DNA of 64,000 nucleotides from Gemmatimonadales bacterium (GTDB lineage Bacteria; Gemmatimonadota; Gemmatimonadetes; Gemmatimonadales; GWC2-71-9): NCBI GenBank assembly GCA_965249575.1, contig OZ252244.1, positions 2,048,001 to 2,112,000 of the forward strand, read 5' to 3'. Shown piece by piece: positions 27,545 to 37,335 of this stretch (position 1 is its first letter; each line of letters starts with the position of its first letter). The notes under the pieces were generated by a model. It saw only the letters and a program-made list of their open reading frames with translations, ran no database searches and was not told where the DNA came from. The position numbers and the translations under genes were made by a program.

Positions 27545-29284
27545 ATGCCCGGCTCCCAAGAAACCAATGCGATGATTGTCAATCGGGATGCAATGGACCG
27601 CCGTCGCTTCATGGCCTCCCTATCCGCCGTCGGCTTGGGAGGCACGGTTATCCCGGCGCTGCTCTGGTCCAAGGTGCGGCAGTCGGGCAAGATCACGATA
27701 GACATGCTGGACGAGGCCGAAGCGCTGAGCGGGCTGCGGTTTACGGAGCAGGAGCGGGAGCTCATGCTTGATGGGGTCAACCAAAATCTGGAGCGATATC
27801 AGAAGCTCCGCACGGTCGAGTTCCCGAACAGCATTCACCCGGCCATTCGTTTCGACCCGGTGCTTCCCGGCCACGCCGTCCCAACCGAACAGCGAGCTTT
27901 CCGTTATTCACGTCCAACCCGCGTGGCACGTCCCTCTTCGCTCACAGATCTCGCGTATGCGCGGGTCGTGGAGCTGGCCGAGCTGGTCCGCACGCGGCAA
28001 GTATCCTCCGTCGAGCTCACCCGGATGTATCTGGAGCGGCTCGAGCGCCACAATCCGTCTCTGGAATGTGTCGTGACGCTGACCTCCGACCTGGCGATCA
28101 AACAGGCCCGGCGCGCAGACGAAGAACTCGCGCGCGGCCACTATCGGGGGCCGCTGCACGGGATTCCGTGGGGCGCAAAGGACCTGCTCGCGGAGGACTC
28201 CTACCGTACCACGTGGGGAGCCAAGCCGTTCGAGCAACAACACATTTTCGAGGACGCGACCGTCGTGCGTCGCCTGGAAGATGCGGGAGCCGTGTTGGTT
28301 GCGAAGCTCACGCTCGGCGCCCTCGCCTGGGGAGATGTCTGGTTTGGTGGCCGCACGAGAAATCCGTGGAATCTCGAGCAGGGATCGAGCGGGTCGTCAG
28401 CCGGTTCGGCGGCCGCAACGGTCGCGGGGCTCGTCGGGTTCAGCATCGGGAGTGAGACCTTGGGCTCTATTGTCTCGCCGTCGACACGGTGCGGCGCCAC
28501 CGGCCTCCGGCCGACGTACGGCCGGGTGAGCCGCCATGGCGCGATGGCTCTCTGCTGGACCATGGACAAACTCGGTCCCATTTGCCGCGGGGTCGAAGAC
28601 TGCGCGCTCGTGCTGAACGCCATCCACGGCGCCGACGGGAAGGATCCAACCGCGAGGTCCGTTCCCTTCAACTGGGATGCGGGGATCGACATCACATCAC
28701 TGCGTGTCGGTTTCTTCGAGCGCGGATTCGATGAAGAGCGGCCGGAGGATCAGAGCGAGCAGGCTCGCATGGACGAGGACACGCTGCGGGTGTTACGAGG
28801 CCTGGGCGTTGACCCGATTCCCATAGACCTCCCGAGCGACTTGCCGCTCGATGCCATGCGAATCATTCTGGACGCCGAGGCGGCCACCGCTTTCGACGAG
28901 CTGACGCGGAGCAATCGAGACGACGAGCTCGTGCGCCAGATCAAGCGGGCCTGGCCGAACCTGTTCCGTCACTCACGGTTCATTCCTGCCGTGGAGTACA
29001 TCCAGGCGAACCGCCTCCGCACCATCGCCATGGGTGCGTTCGCCGCCCGTATGGACGCCATCGACGTGCTGGTCACGCCCTCCTACGGCGGGGACATTCT
29101 CCTACTGACCAATCTGACGGGGCATCCCGCCGCGGTGGTTCCGAACGGGTTCACGGAATCCGGAGCGCCGGGCAGCATTTCCTTTATTGGGAAGCTGTAC
29201 GGCGAGGCGGAGGCCCTGGCGGTCGCCAAGGCCTATCAGGACGCGACGAATTTTCACTTGGCTCGCCCGCCGAGGTTCGCCTAG
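27545..29284 (+). CDS. Amidase signature family enzyme with Tat signal
   Basis: MDRRRFM Tat motif; GPLHGIPWGAKD, GSSGSSAGSA, IGSETLGSIVSPS. Confidence 0.93.
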   Translation: MPGSQETNAMIVNRDAMDRRRFMASLSAVGLGGTVIPALLWSKVRQSGKITIDMLDEAEALSGLRFTEQERELMLDGVNQNLERYQKLRTVEFPNSIHPAIRFDPVLPGHAVPTEQRAFRYSRPTRVARPSSLTDLAYARVVELAELVRTRQVSSVELTRMYLERLERHNPSLECVVTLTSDLAIKQARRADEELARGHYRGPLHGIPWGAKDLLAEDSYRTTWGAKPFEQQHIFEDATVVRRLEDAGAVLVAKLTLGALAWGDVWFGGRTRNPWNLEQGSSGSSAGSAAATVAGLVGFSIGSETLGSIVSPSTRCGATGLRPTYGRVSRHGAMALCWTMDKLGPICRGVEDCALVLNAIHGADGKDPTARSVPFNWDAGIDITSLRVGFFERGFDEERPEDQSEQARMDEDTLRVLRGLGVDPIPIDLPSDLPLDAMRIILDAEAATAFDELTRSNRDDELVRQIKRAWPNLFRHSRFIPAVEYIQANRLRTIAMGAFAARMDAIDVLVTPSYGGDILLLTNLTGHPAAVVPNGFTESGAPGSISFIGKLYGEAEALAVAKAYQDATNFHLARPPRFA

Positions 29285-29332
29285 GGGTCGCACGAGGATC
29301 TCGGGACCCACACGTGAGCGGGAAACCAGTCA

Positions 29333-29944
29333 CTAGCGGGTGAAGAACGAGATCCCAAGCCGAACCTCGGCCCGGTCCGAGCTCGGGAACGCCGTGAGCA
29401 AGAATTCCTCGATGTTGGCGTTCGGATCGAGCGGGTCGGGATCCGCCCCGCTTCCGAACGTGTGGTCGAAGCGGATTTCGCTCCGGAACGCGATGCGTGG
29501 AATGATTGGCAGCTTCAGACCGAAACCGAAGCCGAGGATCGGTTCGGCCTCCCCGTCGGTAATGTCCGGCCCACCGATGTTGAGTTTCCCACGACTGGCC
29601 CGTATCCCACCACCCACGGTGAAGTATGTAATGATCCCGCCAAGATCCTGCAGGTGGTAGACGAGACCCAGCCCGAGTTCCGTGTTGATGATCGAGGCAT
29701 CGTCCGAGCTCGTCCAGGTCACTGACGCGGACGGCTCCAACATCGCGCGGTTAGAGATGAGGAACCCGACGCGAAAGCGCTCCACCGGAATCGTGACGAA
29801 CGCTTGATCGGGGATGTCCGAAAAGCGCCGGAGTCCGAGACCCCCGTCTATGCCGAACTCTACGGGGCGACCCTGCCCGTTCGCGGTTTGGGTCACGGTG
29901 AGAAGCGCTAGGAGAACGACCGCACCGACTATCGAGTGTCTCAT
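29333..29944 (-). CDS. Outer membrane beta-barrel protein
   Basis: Signal peptide, alternating amphipathic strands, C-terminal RLGISFFTR; GGAG RBS. Confidence 0.82.
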   Translation of the reverse strand: MRHSIVGAVVLLALLTVTQTANGQGRPVEFGIDGGLGLRRFSDIPDQAFVTIPVERFRVGFLISNRAMLEPSASVTWTSSDDASIINTELGLGLVYHLQDLGGIITYFTVGGGIRASRGKLNIGGPDITDGEAEPILGFGFGLKLPIIPRIAFRSEIRFDHTFGSGADPDPLDPNANIEEFLLTAFPSSDRAEVRLGISFFTR

Positions 29945-30136
29945 GAACTCCTCCTTGGAGTCGTGGGTTCAAGCGTCGGTCGCCAGCGCGGTCACACCGG
30001 CTGGCCGTGAGCTCTGGCCTTGCCACTCTTGTTGGGCGCCGAGCATCCCAGAACTTACCACCTTTCACCGTGAACCACGCCACGCGCGGTCGCCCCGGCC
30101 CGCGGTCTGAGTGATGCCCGTTTGATCCAGTGGAGG

Positions 30137-30613
30137 TCAGCGGCGGCTGGGCTCAACTGCTCGCTCGGTAAAGAATGGCGCAATACGGTCTGCCTCGCCG
30201 CCGGGCGCCCAGATGACCAACGCCCTGACGGGAATATCCGACACCACCCTCTGGGCTACCTGGTCTTCAGGCCGCACGATCCCGACCATGCCCTTCGTGA
30301 GAACGTGCGACTCTCCATGGACGATGTGATCGAACTCTCCGTCGAGAATGTAGAAGATCTCGATTGCCGTGTGCCGGTGCGCGCCTCCTGACGTGCCGGC
30401 TGGGAACCTGATCTCCGCGATCTCCACCTCCCCTCCGCCGAGGTTCGACGCTTCGACGAGCATTCTGATACTCGTACCGCTCTCCGAGTCGAGCACGCGG
30501 GTGCCGGTGCTCTTTCTCCGATAGTCGGGTTCCTGGGCGACCGCCTCCGTCGAGAGCACACCGGCGAACGCGACCATGATCAATACATCGACCGTCAAGT
30601 CATTCACGACCAT
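30137..30613 (-). CDS. Cupin domain protein (probably exported)
   Basis: HRHTAIEIFYILDGE cupin motif; hydrophobic N terminus ending AVAQ. Confidence 0.82.
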   Translation of the reverse strand: MVVNDLTVDVLIMVAFAGVLSTEAVAQEPDYRRKSTGTRVLDSESGTSIRMLVEASNLGGGEVEIAEIRFPAGTSGGAHRHTAIEIFYILDGEFDHIVHGESHVLTKGMVGIVRPEDQVAQRVVSDIPVRALVIWAPGGEADRIAPFFTERAVEPSRR

Positions 30614-31059
30614 CGTTTCACCCCCATGAATAGGCGTGGGCAAGGTACCGGGTCTGATTGGCCGGTACACCCCTGCCTGCGCTGAGCGTGGCGTACGGGC
30701 AACACGGTCGACCCGACGACAGCTCCCCCCCGCAGTCCACTCGTGGGGGTCACACTCTTTCTCAGGTGATCGCGAACCGGAGCACCTGAATCTCGGGTTC
30801 ACATGCTCTCGGAGGAGCTCAGCATGGGTCAACACGCGGTGGGCCTTGGCCCTACGGCTCTCGATCAGGGCCGGACAAGCGATTGAGAATCTTCGGCAAT
30901 CGCTGGCGCGGTCCCCTACTCATCACCGGGGCACAGTGATCGTGCATTCGACTGCACGCTGTGATTATCCCAAGCATGACATTTGCAGTGATCTTAAATG
31001 CAGTGTCGATTAGATACTGCTCCCGACTTGGGAATCAGGACGGACGTTCTCCCAAGAAG

Positions 31060-31141
31060 ACGGCTCAGACGCGCACCCCCGTGACCCGGGGGGAGACGGC
31101 CCCGACAATTCGGGGCTGTTCGTGCTGAGACCCGTAGCCGT
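31060..31141 (+). other. Candidate structured leader RNA upstream of the cytolysin-like gene
   Basis: Closing ACGGC/GCCGT and TCAG/CTGA stems enclosing hairpins CCCCCG/CGGGGG and GACGGCCCCGA/TCGGGGCTGTT. Confidence 0.4.
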
Positions 31142-31273
31142 GTCGTGCATTCAACCCCCCAACCTCGTAGGAGTCCCCATGACCTAGCGCTGGCTTCTTT
31201 CGGTCCTCGAGGCGTTCAGACTGCCTCGACGGACAAAACCTCGCTCTGCAAATCCCTACAAGGAGGTCACACG

Positions 31274-32820
31274 ATGTTGTCCCACACTCGATGGTCCCGG
31301 TTCACGGGGGTCCTGGGGGTGGTTGCCCTCGGAGCATTCCTGCAGGCGTGCGCGGACGCACCGGCTGCCGTGGATCCGGCCGAAGCCGAAGCCGCGGCGC
31401 TGACGGAGAACCCCAACGTGAGCGTAGTCGATGAGCGGACGCAGAAGCTCAACGAGTACTTCCTCGGCTTACCCAATTGGCCGACCCGGGTCGAGGATTC
31501 GATGGAAGTGGACATGGGCAAGGACAGTACGGACATCGGGGGAGGCCTGCTGGTCTGTTCGGTCAAGCAGGTGGACGTCAAGAAGAACTTCGACGACATC
31601 ATCCTGATCGGCGCGAACAGCGGGGTGATGTATCCCGGCGCGATGATTCAAGGGGAAACCCTGGATGACGGAACGCTCTCTCCTCTCAACCTGCCGAGAA
31701 CTCCCATTCACGTTTCGATCGACATGGGGGTCCTGAAGGCGGACCGGCACGTCGAGCACCCCAACAGCGCTACCGTGCAGGCGGCGGTCGCCGAGTTGCA
31801 GCGAGAAGCGGACAGCCGACTGGGGAATCTCGATGTCGTACCGGCGCAGCTGCAGTTCCTACAAAAGGAGGCTCACTCGTTCGGCCAGGTGATGGCGGCC
31901 GCCGGGATCTCAGTGCGGTACCGAGGCCTGTTCGCCAGGGCGGGGATGGACGCGTCATTCCGCACAAACCGCCGGCGCGACGCGCATACGATTGTGGCAA
32001 AACTCTACCAACCGATGTACACCGTGTCATTCGCCGACGATGCGCACCCCACGCCGGCGGATTTCTTCGATCCGTCGGTCACCATCGACGACATCATCCT
32101 GCAGCAGGACTTGGGAACCATTAGCACCGCCAACCTGCCGACCTACGTGAAGTCGGTGACATACGGCCGGATGATGATCTTCACCATGACTCGAACCGGC
32201 TCCGATGCGATCACGCAGATGCGGGCCGCGATTCAGGCGTCCTACGGATTCATGTCGGGCGGCGGCTCGGTATCTGTGGCCCAGCGCGAGATCCTGCGCA
32301 CTTCTCAGATCGAGATGTTTGCCGTCGGCGGCACACAGGACGCCGCCCTGGCGGCGATTCGGGACGGTGACCCGCAGAAATTCTTTGTACCGGCGCCCGC
32401 GACCACCGGTGTTCCGATCTCGTATCGCGTCAACAACCTGAAGGACCGCCGGGTGGCGCGGATTCAGGACGCGTTGTCGTTCACGGTCCGGGAATGCGCG
32501 CAGCAGAACGGCAACATCTTCTATGTCACGATCGATTCCATGATCCCGCTCGAGCGGAACTTTGGCTGCCCGGACCTACGGGTCTCAACCCTCCAGCGTA
32601 CTGGAATATGGATGGGCGCGCGCAGTACAAGAATGAAATCTACTCTCTTTGGAACCGAGTGAGCCCGACCCCGGGGGTCGGCGCGGTGCCGCTGTTCGAG
32701 CGCGTGTTCGCGGCCGATCGAAACTGGATAGAGCTGACCTCGCGGCTGGCTCGGGTCGGCATCATCCCCGACGACCCGGCGCTGCTCCGTCAGATCCTCC
32801 AGGCGACTCGAGACAGGTAG
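31274..32820 (+). CDS. Thiol-activated cytolysin family (CDC-like) lipoprotein; frameshift near 32570 and aberrant 3' end
   Basis: AGGAGG RBS; lipobox FLQAC; YPGAMIQG, PTYVKSVTYGR, GVPISYRV motifs of CDC domains 1-3. Confidence 0.85.
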
Positions 32821-32851
32821 CGAGCCCGCGGCGGCAAGAGGGTCGCTCCGA

Positions 32852-34123
32852 CTAGTATCCGACCAATCTCGGCAGGAACAGCACGACGTCCGGCACGACC
32901 GTGATGACGACGGTCAGAGCCAGCATGAGAGCCAGATATGGCCAGAGCGGCCGGGCCACGTCGGCCGGTTGGACTTGCCCAACCGAGCAGGCGACCAGGA
33001 GGCTCACGCCGACCGGCGGCAAGAACACCGATATCCCTTGGGTTGCGACGATGACGGTGCCGTAGTGCACCGGGTCGATCCCGGCTTGCTTTGCGAGTGG
33101 CAGGAGGATCGGCGTCAACATGACGACGGCTGGCACGCCTTCCAGGATGGTGCCGAGGGGCAGGAAGATGAGAATCGTGAGCAAGAAGAAGACGAATTGG
33201 CCGCCCCCGAGTCCCGCCACCGATGACGCGAGCGCCTGCGGTACCTGCATGACGGCGAGTACCCACGACAGGAGACGGGCGGCGCCCACGACGAAGAGGA
33301 CCATGCCGGTGACCGTCGCCGTCTGGACGAGCCTGTCCCACAGATCGGCCCGCGTGAGCGACCGGAAGAGCAGAGAGAGTATCAGCGCGTAGGCTACCGC
33401 AATGGCGGCGGCTTCAGTTGGCGTGAACAGTCCGAACCGAATGCCGCCGAGCACGATGACGATCATGAAGAGCGGGAGCACCGCCTCCACCGCCGCGTGC
33501 CGGATTTCCGAAAAGGACGCGCGCTGGCCCGCGGGCCAACCCTGTCGCCGCGCCTGCCAGCCAATCTGGATCATCAGGCCGAGCGCGATGAGTAACGCGG
33601 GTGTGATGGAGGCCACGAAGAGCTTGCCGATGGAGACGTTCCCGATCACGCCGTATACCACCATGACGATGGCTGGCGGAATGAGAATCCCCATGGCGCA
33701 CGCCGCCGAGACGATCGCAGTCGAGCGCGCCCGGCTGTACCCGTTGGCCGTGAGTTGAGGCACCATGATGCCGCCGATGGCCGCGGCGTCGGCAGAAGTG
33801 GACCCCGACACTCCCGAAAAGAAGATCTCGGACAAGACAACGACTTGCCCGAGCCCACCGGGCAAGTGCCCCACCAGTGATCGGGCAAAGGCGACCAGCC
33901 GGCGGCTGATTCCCCCGACATCCATGAGTAGTCCCGCAAGGATGAAGAGCGGAACGGCGAGCATCGGGAACGAGTCCATGCCCGCCACGATCTGCTGGGG
34001 GATCATCAAAAGTGGAAGATCGTTGGCGAAGATCGCGAGTCCACCCGCGGTCGCGAGGGCGAAGCCGATGGGGACGCTCGCCAACACGAGAACCGCAAAG
34101 GCGACGAGGAGCAGGACGCCCAT
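32852..34123 (-). CDS. dctM: TRAP transporter large permease
   Basis: SFPMLAVPLFILAG, SGSTSADAAAIG, GILIPP, FTPTEAA, IDPVHYG. Confidence 0.95.
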   Translation of the reverse strand: MGVLLLVAFAVLVLASVPIGFALATAGGLAIFANDLPLLMIPQQIVAGMDSFPMLAVPLFILAGLLMDVGGISRRLVAFARSLVGHLPGGLGQVVVLSEIFFSGVSGSTSADAAAIGGIMVPQLTANGYSRARSTAIVSAACAMGILIPPAIVMVVYGVIGNVSIGKLFVASITPALLIALGLMIQIGWQARRQGWPAGQRASFSEIRHAAVEAVLPLFMIVIVLGGIRFGLFTPTEAAAIAVAYALILSLLFRSLTRADLWDRLVQTATVTGMVLFVVGAARLLSWVLAVMQVPQALASSVAGLGGGQFVFFLLTILIFLPLGTILEGVPAVVMLTPILLPLAKQAGIDPVHYGTVIVATQGISVFLPPVGVSLLVACSVGQVQPADVARPLWPYLALMLALTVVITVVPDVVLFLPRLVGY

Positions 34124-34602
34124 CAGTCCCCGGACTCGGCGGCCGGGCCCAGCCCGGCCAGGACGTGGACCGCCATCAAGGCACCGGACACGGGTACCGC
34201 GGCATAGACCCACGCAATCGGGAGGTTGAGTGCCGGAGAGCGCTCCGGTAGCACGAGCAATATCAGCGCGATGCCGCTGCCGACGAGGAACAGCGCGAAC
34301 CCGAGGACCCAAAGGGTCGCGAGTCCGTGCACGAGCGATCGACTCCGCACGGCCAAGCCCCGGGGTACTTGATCGAACGCAAAGTGGGATCGATGTTCGA
34401 CGGCGAGCGAGGCACCCAACATCGATAGCCAGATGAAGCAGTACCGGGAAACCTCTTCACTCCAGGGATTGGGATACGCGAACAGGTACCGCATACCGAC
34501 CTGGAGTAGCACGACGACGCAGACGGTCGAGACGAGTCCACCCACCAACGCTGTCTCCAACGCAACGAGCATCCGGTTGAACGTCCTCACACCATTCCAC
34601 AT
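34123..34602 (-). CDS. dctQ: TRAP transporter small permease
   Basis: QVGMRY..WSEEVSRYCFIWLSMLGA..H; four TM helices. Confidence 0.92.
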   Translation of the reverse strand: MWNGVRTFNRMLVALETALVGGLVSTVCVVVLLQVGMRYLFAYPNPWSEEVSRYCFIWLSMLGASLAVEHRSHFAFDQVPRGLAVRSRSLVHGLATLWVLGFALFLVGSGIALILLVLPERSPALNLPIAWVYAAVPVSGALMAVHVLAGLGPAAESGD

Positions 34603-34659
34603 TCGATTGCCTGCCTCGCTTGCGGGGGACTTCAGATGCGTACTACCGAACGCCCGGCC

Positions 34660-35709
34660 CTATGGCGCCGCCAGCCGTACTTCCTCTACCAGCCTCTGGA
34701 TCAGCGCGCCGCCCTCAGGTAGTCTGCTCGCCAGCTCGTTCCACACACCAGGTTTCACCAGGGGCTCGAAGGGTCCGGGCGACGGATAGACAATCCGCAC
34801 CCCGGCGGCGCGCATTTCGTTGAGGGCGTCCTCCTCCATGCGGCGCGCGACTTCCCGCTGATAGGCGAGCGATTCGGCAGCCGAGCGATTCAGTGCGCTC
34901 CGCACGTCCCCGGGGAGTGACTGGTAGAAATCCTCGTTGATCAGCAGCGTAATGGGGTTGTACGTGATCGACGTGAAGCTGTAATACCCAGCCACTTCGT
35001 AGAACCGGCTGGTGACGAATCCGATGGCATTAGCCTCGCCTCCGTCGATGACACCCTGCTGGAGCGCGGAATAGACTTCCCCGTAGTTCATGGGTGTTGC
35101 CTGCGCGCCGAGCGCTGAATATGCGGCGAGGTAGGTGGCGTTCTGGAGGACGCGCAACTTGAGGCCAGCCAGGTCTTCCGGTGTGGTAATCGGCCGCCTG
35201 GTGTTGTAGACGTGGCGGAAGCCGTAGTCCAGAAACCCCAACGACCTGACGCCTGTTCGCTCAAGAAGGCGTTCACGCCACCAGTCGCCGATTGCCCCGT
35301 TGAGGACCGCGAGGCCGTGCTCCCTCGTCTCGAACAGGAAAGGCAGGTCGAACATCTGGCCTTCCGGAACCCAGCCCGAGAGCACGGGTGTTCCGGAGAT
35401 GATCATGTGCTGCGCCCCGGCCTGAAGCTGCTCGAAGGCGACCCTCTCTCCACCTAGCTGGCCCGCCGGAAAAATGGTGACCTGAAACCGATCGCCCGTG
35501 CGTTCGAGCATGAGCTCTCGGAACCGCTCTGCCATGAGTTGATAGTCGGAGTTGGAGGAGAGCACGTGGGAAAGGCGCACCTCCCACGTCCCCACCGGCT
35601 CGGAGCCGGAACAGCCCACGATCGCGACCGTGGCCCACGCCGGCAAACGGAGCGACGCTGGCGAGCGCCAACGACGGCGCGTCGCCTGGATTGAAGAGCG
35701 CGGTTTCAC
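34660..35709 (-). CDS. dctP: TRAP substrate-binding protein
   Basis: FPAGQLGGE, DLPFLF, GFRH, DLAGLKLRV, EVYSALQQGVIDGGE; start approximate. Confidence 0.93.
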   Translation of the reverse strand: MKPRSSIQATRRRWRSPASLRLPAWATVAIVGCSGSEPVGTWEVRLSHVLSSNSDYQLMAERFRELMLERTGDRFQVTIFPAGQLGGERVAFEQLQAGAQHMIISGTPVLSGWVPEGQMFDLPFLFETREHGLAVLNGAIGDWWRERLLERTGVRSLGFLDYGFRHVYNTRRPITTPEDLAGLKLRVLQNATYLAAYSALGAQATPMNYGEVYSALQQGVIDGGEANAIGFVTSRFYEVAGYYSFTSITYNPITLLINEDFYQSLPGDVRSALNRSAAESLAYQREVARRMEEDALNEMRAAGVRIVYPSPGPFEPLVKPGVWNELASRLPEGGALIQRLVEEVRLAAP

Positions 35710-35737
35710 CCCTAGCGCCCTCAGTACCCTCAGGCCG

Positions 35738-36502
35738 TTACGCACCCCAGATCGTCTGGCCGGCGTCAATGAAGACCGACGCGCCTGTTACGAGCCGGGC
35801 CTCTTTGTTGGATGCGAGAAAAACCACCGCTCCAACGACATCCTCCGGAACGCCGATTTCCTTCAATGGTATCCGGGCGAGCCGCTTCTCACGGAAGGTG
35901 GGGTCGGCAATGTCGCTGCGATTGATGTCGGTCTCGATGAGCCCCGGGGCGATGGCGTTGACGCGGATCCCGTGAGGGGCGAGCTCCAGCGCCATCTGCT
36001 TCGTCAACATCTCGACCCCCGCCTTGGCTACGCAGTAGTGCGTGAGATTCGGCGCGGCCACCGCCTGGCCCGCGGACGACACGTTGACGATTGCGCCCGA
36101 CCGGCCGCCCTCCACCATGTGGCGCGCGACGGCTTGGCCGACGAGGAAATAGCCCTTCAAGTTGACGCTCAGGATATCGTCCCACTCCCCTGCAGTGATC
36201 TCCAGGTACGGAGTTCGTTTGAGAATTCCGGCGTTGTTCACCAGAATGTCGATGCCATCCAGAAAAGTCTCTGCTTCGCCTACGAAGCGGTCGACGTCGC
36301 CCGGTGAGTCGGTTGAACCCTGCACCGCGACGGAGCGTTGCTTCATGGATTCGATGTCGGAAACGACCGAATCCGCTTCGGCCCTGTGGCTCCGGAATAG
36401 CACCGCGACGTCCGCTCCCTCGCGCGCAAGCGCGACGGCTATGCTGCGTCCTATGCCACGTGAACCACCGGTGACGAGCGCCCGGCTACCCTTTAGACGC
36501 AC
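35738..36502 (-). CDS. SDR family oxidoreductase
   Basis: TGGSRGIG, NNAG, YCVAK, IRVNAIAPG. Confidence 0.95.
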   Translation of the reverse strand: MRLKGSRALVTGGSRGIGRSIAVALAREGADVAVLFRSHRAEADSVVSDIESMKQRSVAVQGSTDSPGDVDRFVGEAETFLDGIDILVNNAGILKRTPYLEITAGEWDDILSVNLKGYFLVGQAVARHMVEGGRSGAIVNVSSAGQAVAAPNLTHYCVAKAGVEMLTKQMALELAPHGIRVNAIAPGLIETDINRSDIADPTFREKRLARIPLKEIGVPEDVVGAVVFLASNKEARLVTGASVFIDAGQTIWGA

Positions 36503-36568
36503 TCGATGCCTCCCTTCGTCTCCTGGCCACCCCGAGCGGGTGATTGTGAGTCCCCCGGGGTGAGCGAG

Positions 36569-37327
36569 TTAGGGGTCGGGACTAAAACGGTCGAGGAAAG
36601 CTCGCTCATCGCCCGTCAAGCTCCCGATACCCGTCGCGCTGATCTTGTCGAGGATCCGATCCAGCTCCGCCCGGTTCACCTCGTGGGCACTGTCGCGGCG
36701 GATCTTCGACCATCTCTGGAGGTCGTCGGTCGGCTTTCGCCGCGAACCAGCCGTAGCTCGGGCCTTGAAACGGGCGGCAGGAGAGCTTCGCTCGTGCCAC
36801 TTGATGTACAAGAATCCCCCGAGGAAACCGCCAAGGTGGGCGAAATGGGCGACGCCCCCACCTCCGCCGCCGAATCCCCCAAAGAGCGCGAGGGCGGTCA
36901 TGATGATCACGAGCCAGCGGGCCTCCAGCGGCAACACTCCCCAGATGTAGATCTGCTCCCGGGGCCAGTAACGCGCGAACCCCAGCAGCACGCCGAATAC
37001 CGCGCCGGATGCCCCGACGATCGCCGCCCGCGGAGTAAAGAAGAATGAGAGCAAGGCGCCCATGATGCCGCTCGCGATGTACAGGGCAAGGAAGTGGCGG
37101 CTCCCCAAGCGTGCCTCGAGCCGCGGGCCGAAGAAGTAAAGCGCCAGCATGTTGAAAAACAGGTGGAAGAGTCCACCGTGGAGGAACATGTAGGTGATAA
37201 CAGTCCAGGGACGCCCGAGCACGAAGAAGGGAACGAACACGAGTGCTTGCCAGACGCCCGGTAGCACCAAGGTGATCAGGAACATACCACCGTTGGCGAA
37301 GATGAGTCGTGTGACCCAAGGTGTCAT
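36569..37327 (-). CDS. Rhomboid intramembrane serine protease
   Basis: TYMFLHGG..HLFFNM, GASG, AHFAHLGG; C-terminal LDRILDKIS..G..SLT domain. Confidence 0.93.
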   Translation of the reverse strand: MTPWVTRLIFANGGMFLITLVLPGVWQALVFVPFFVLGRPWTVITYMFLHGGLFHLFFNMLALYFFGPRLEARLGSRHFLALYIASGIMGALLSFFFTPRAAIVGASGAVFGVLLGFARYWPREQIYIWGVLPLEARWLVIIMTALALFGGFGGGGGGVAHFAHLGGFLGGFLYIKWHERSSPAARFKARATAGSRRKPTDDLQRWSKIRRDSAHEVNRAELDRILDKISATGIGSLTGDERAFLDRFSPDP

Positions 37328-37335
37328 GTTGGCTG

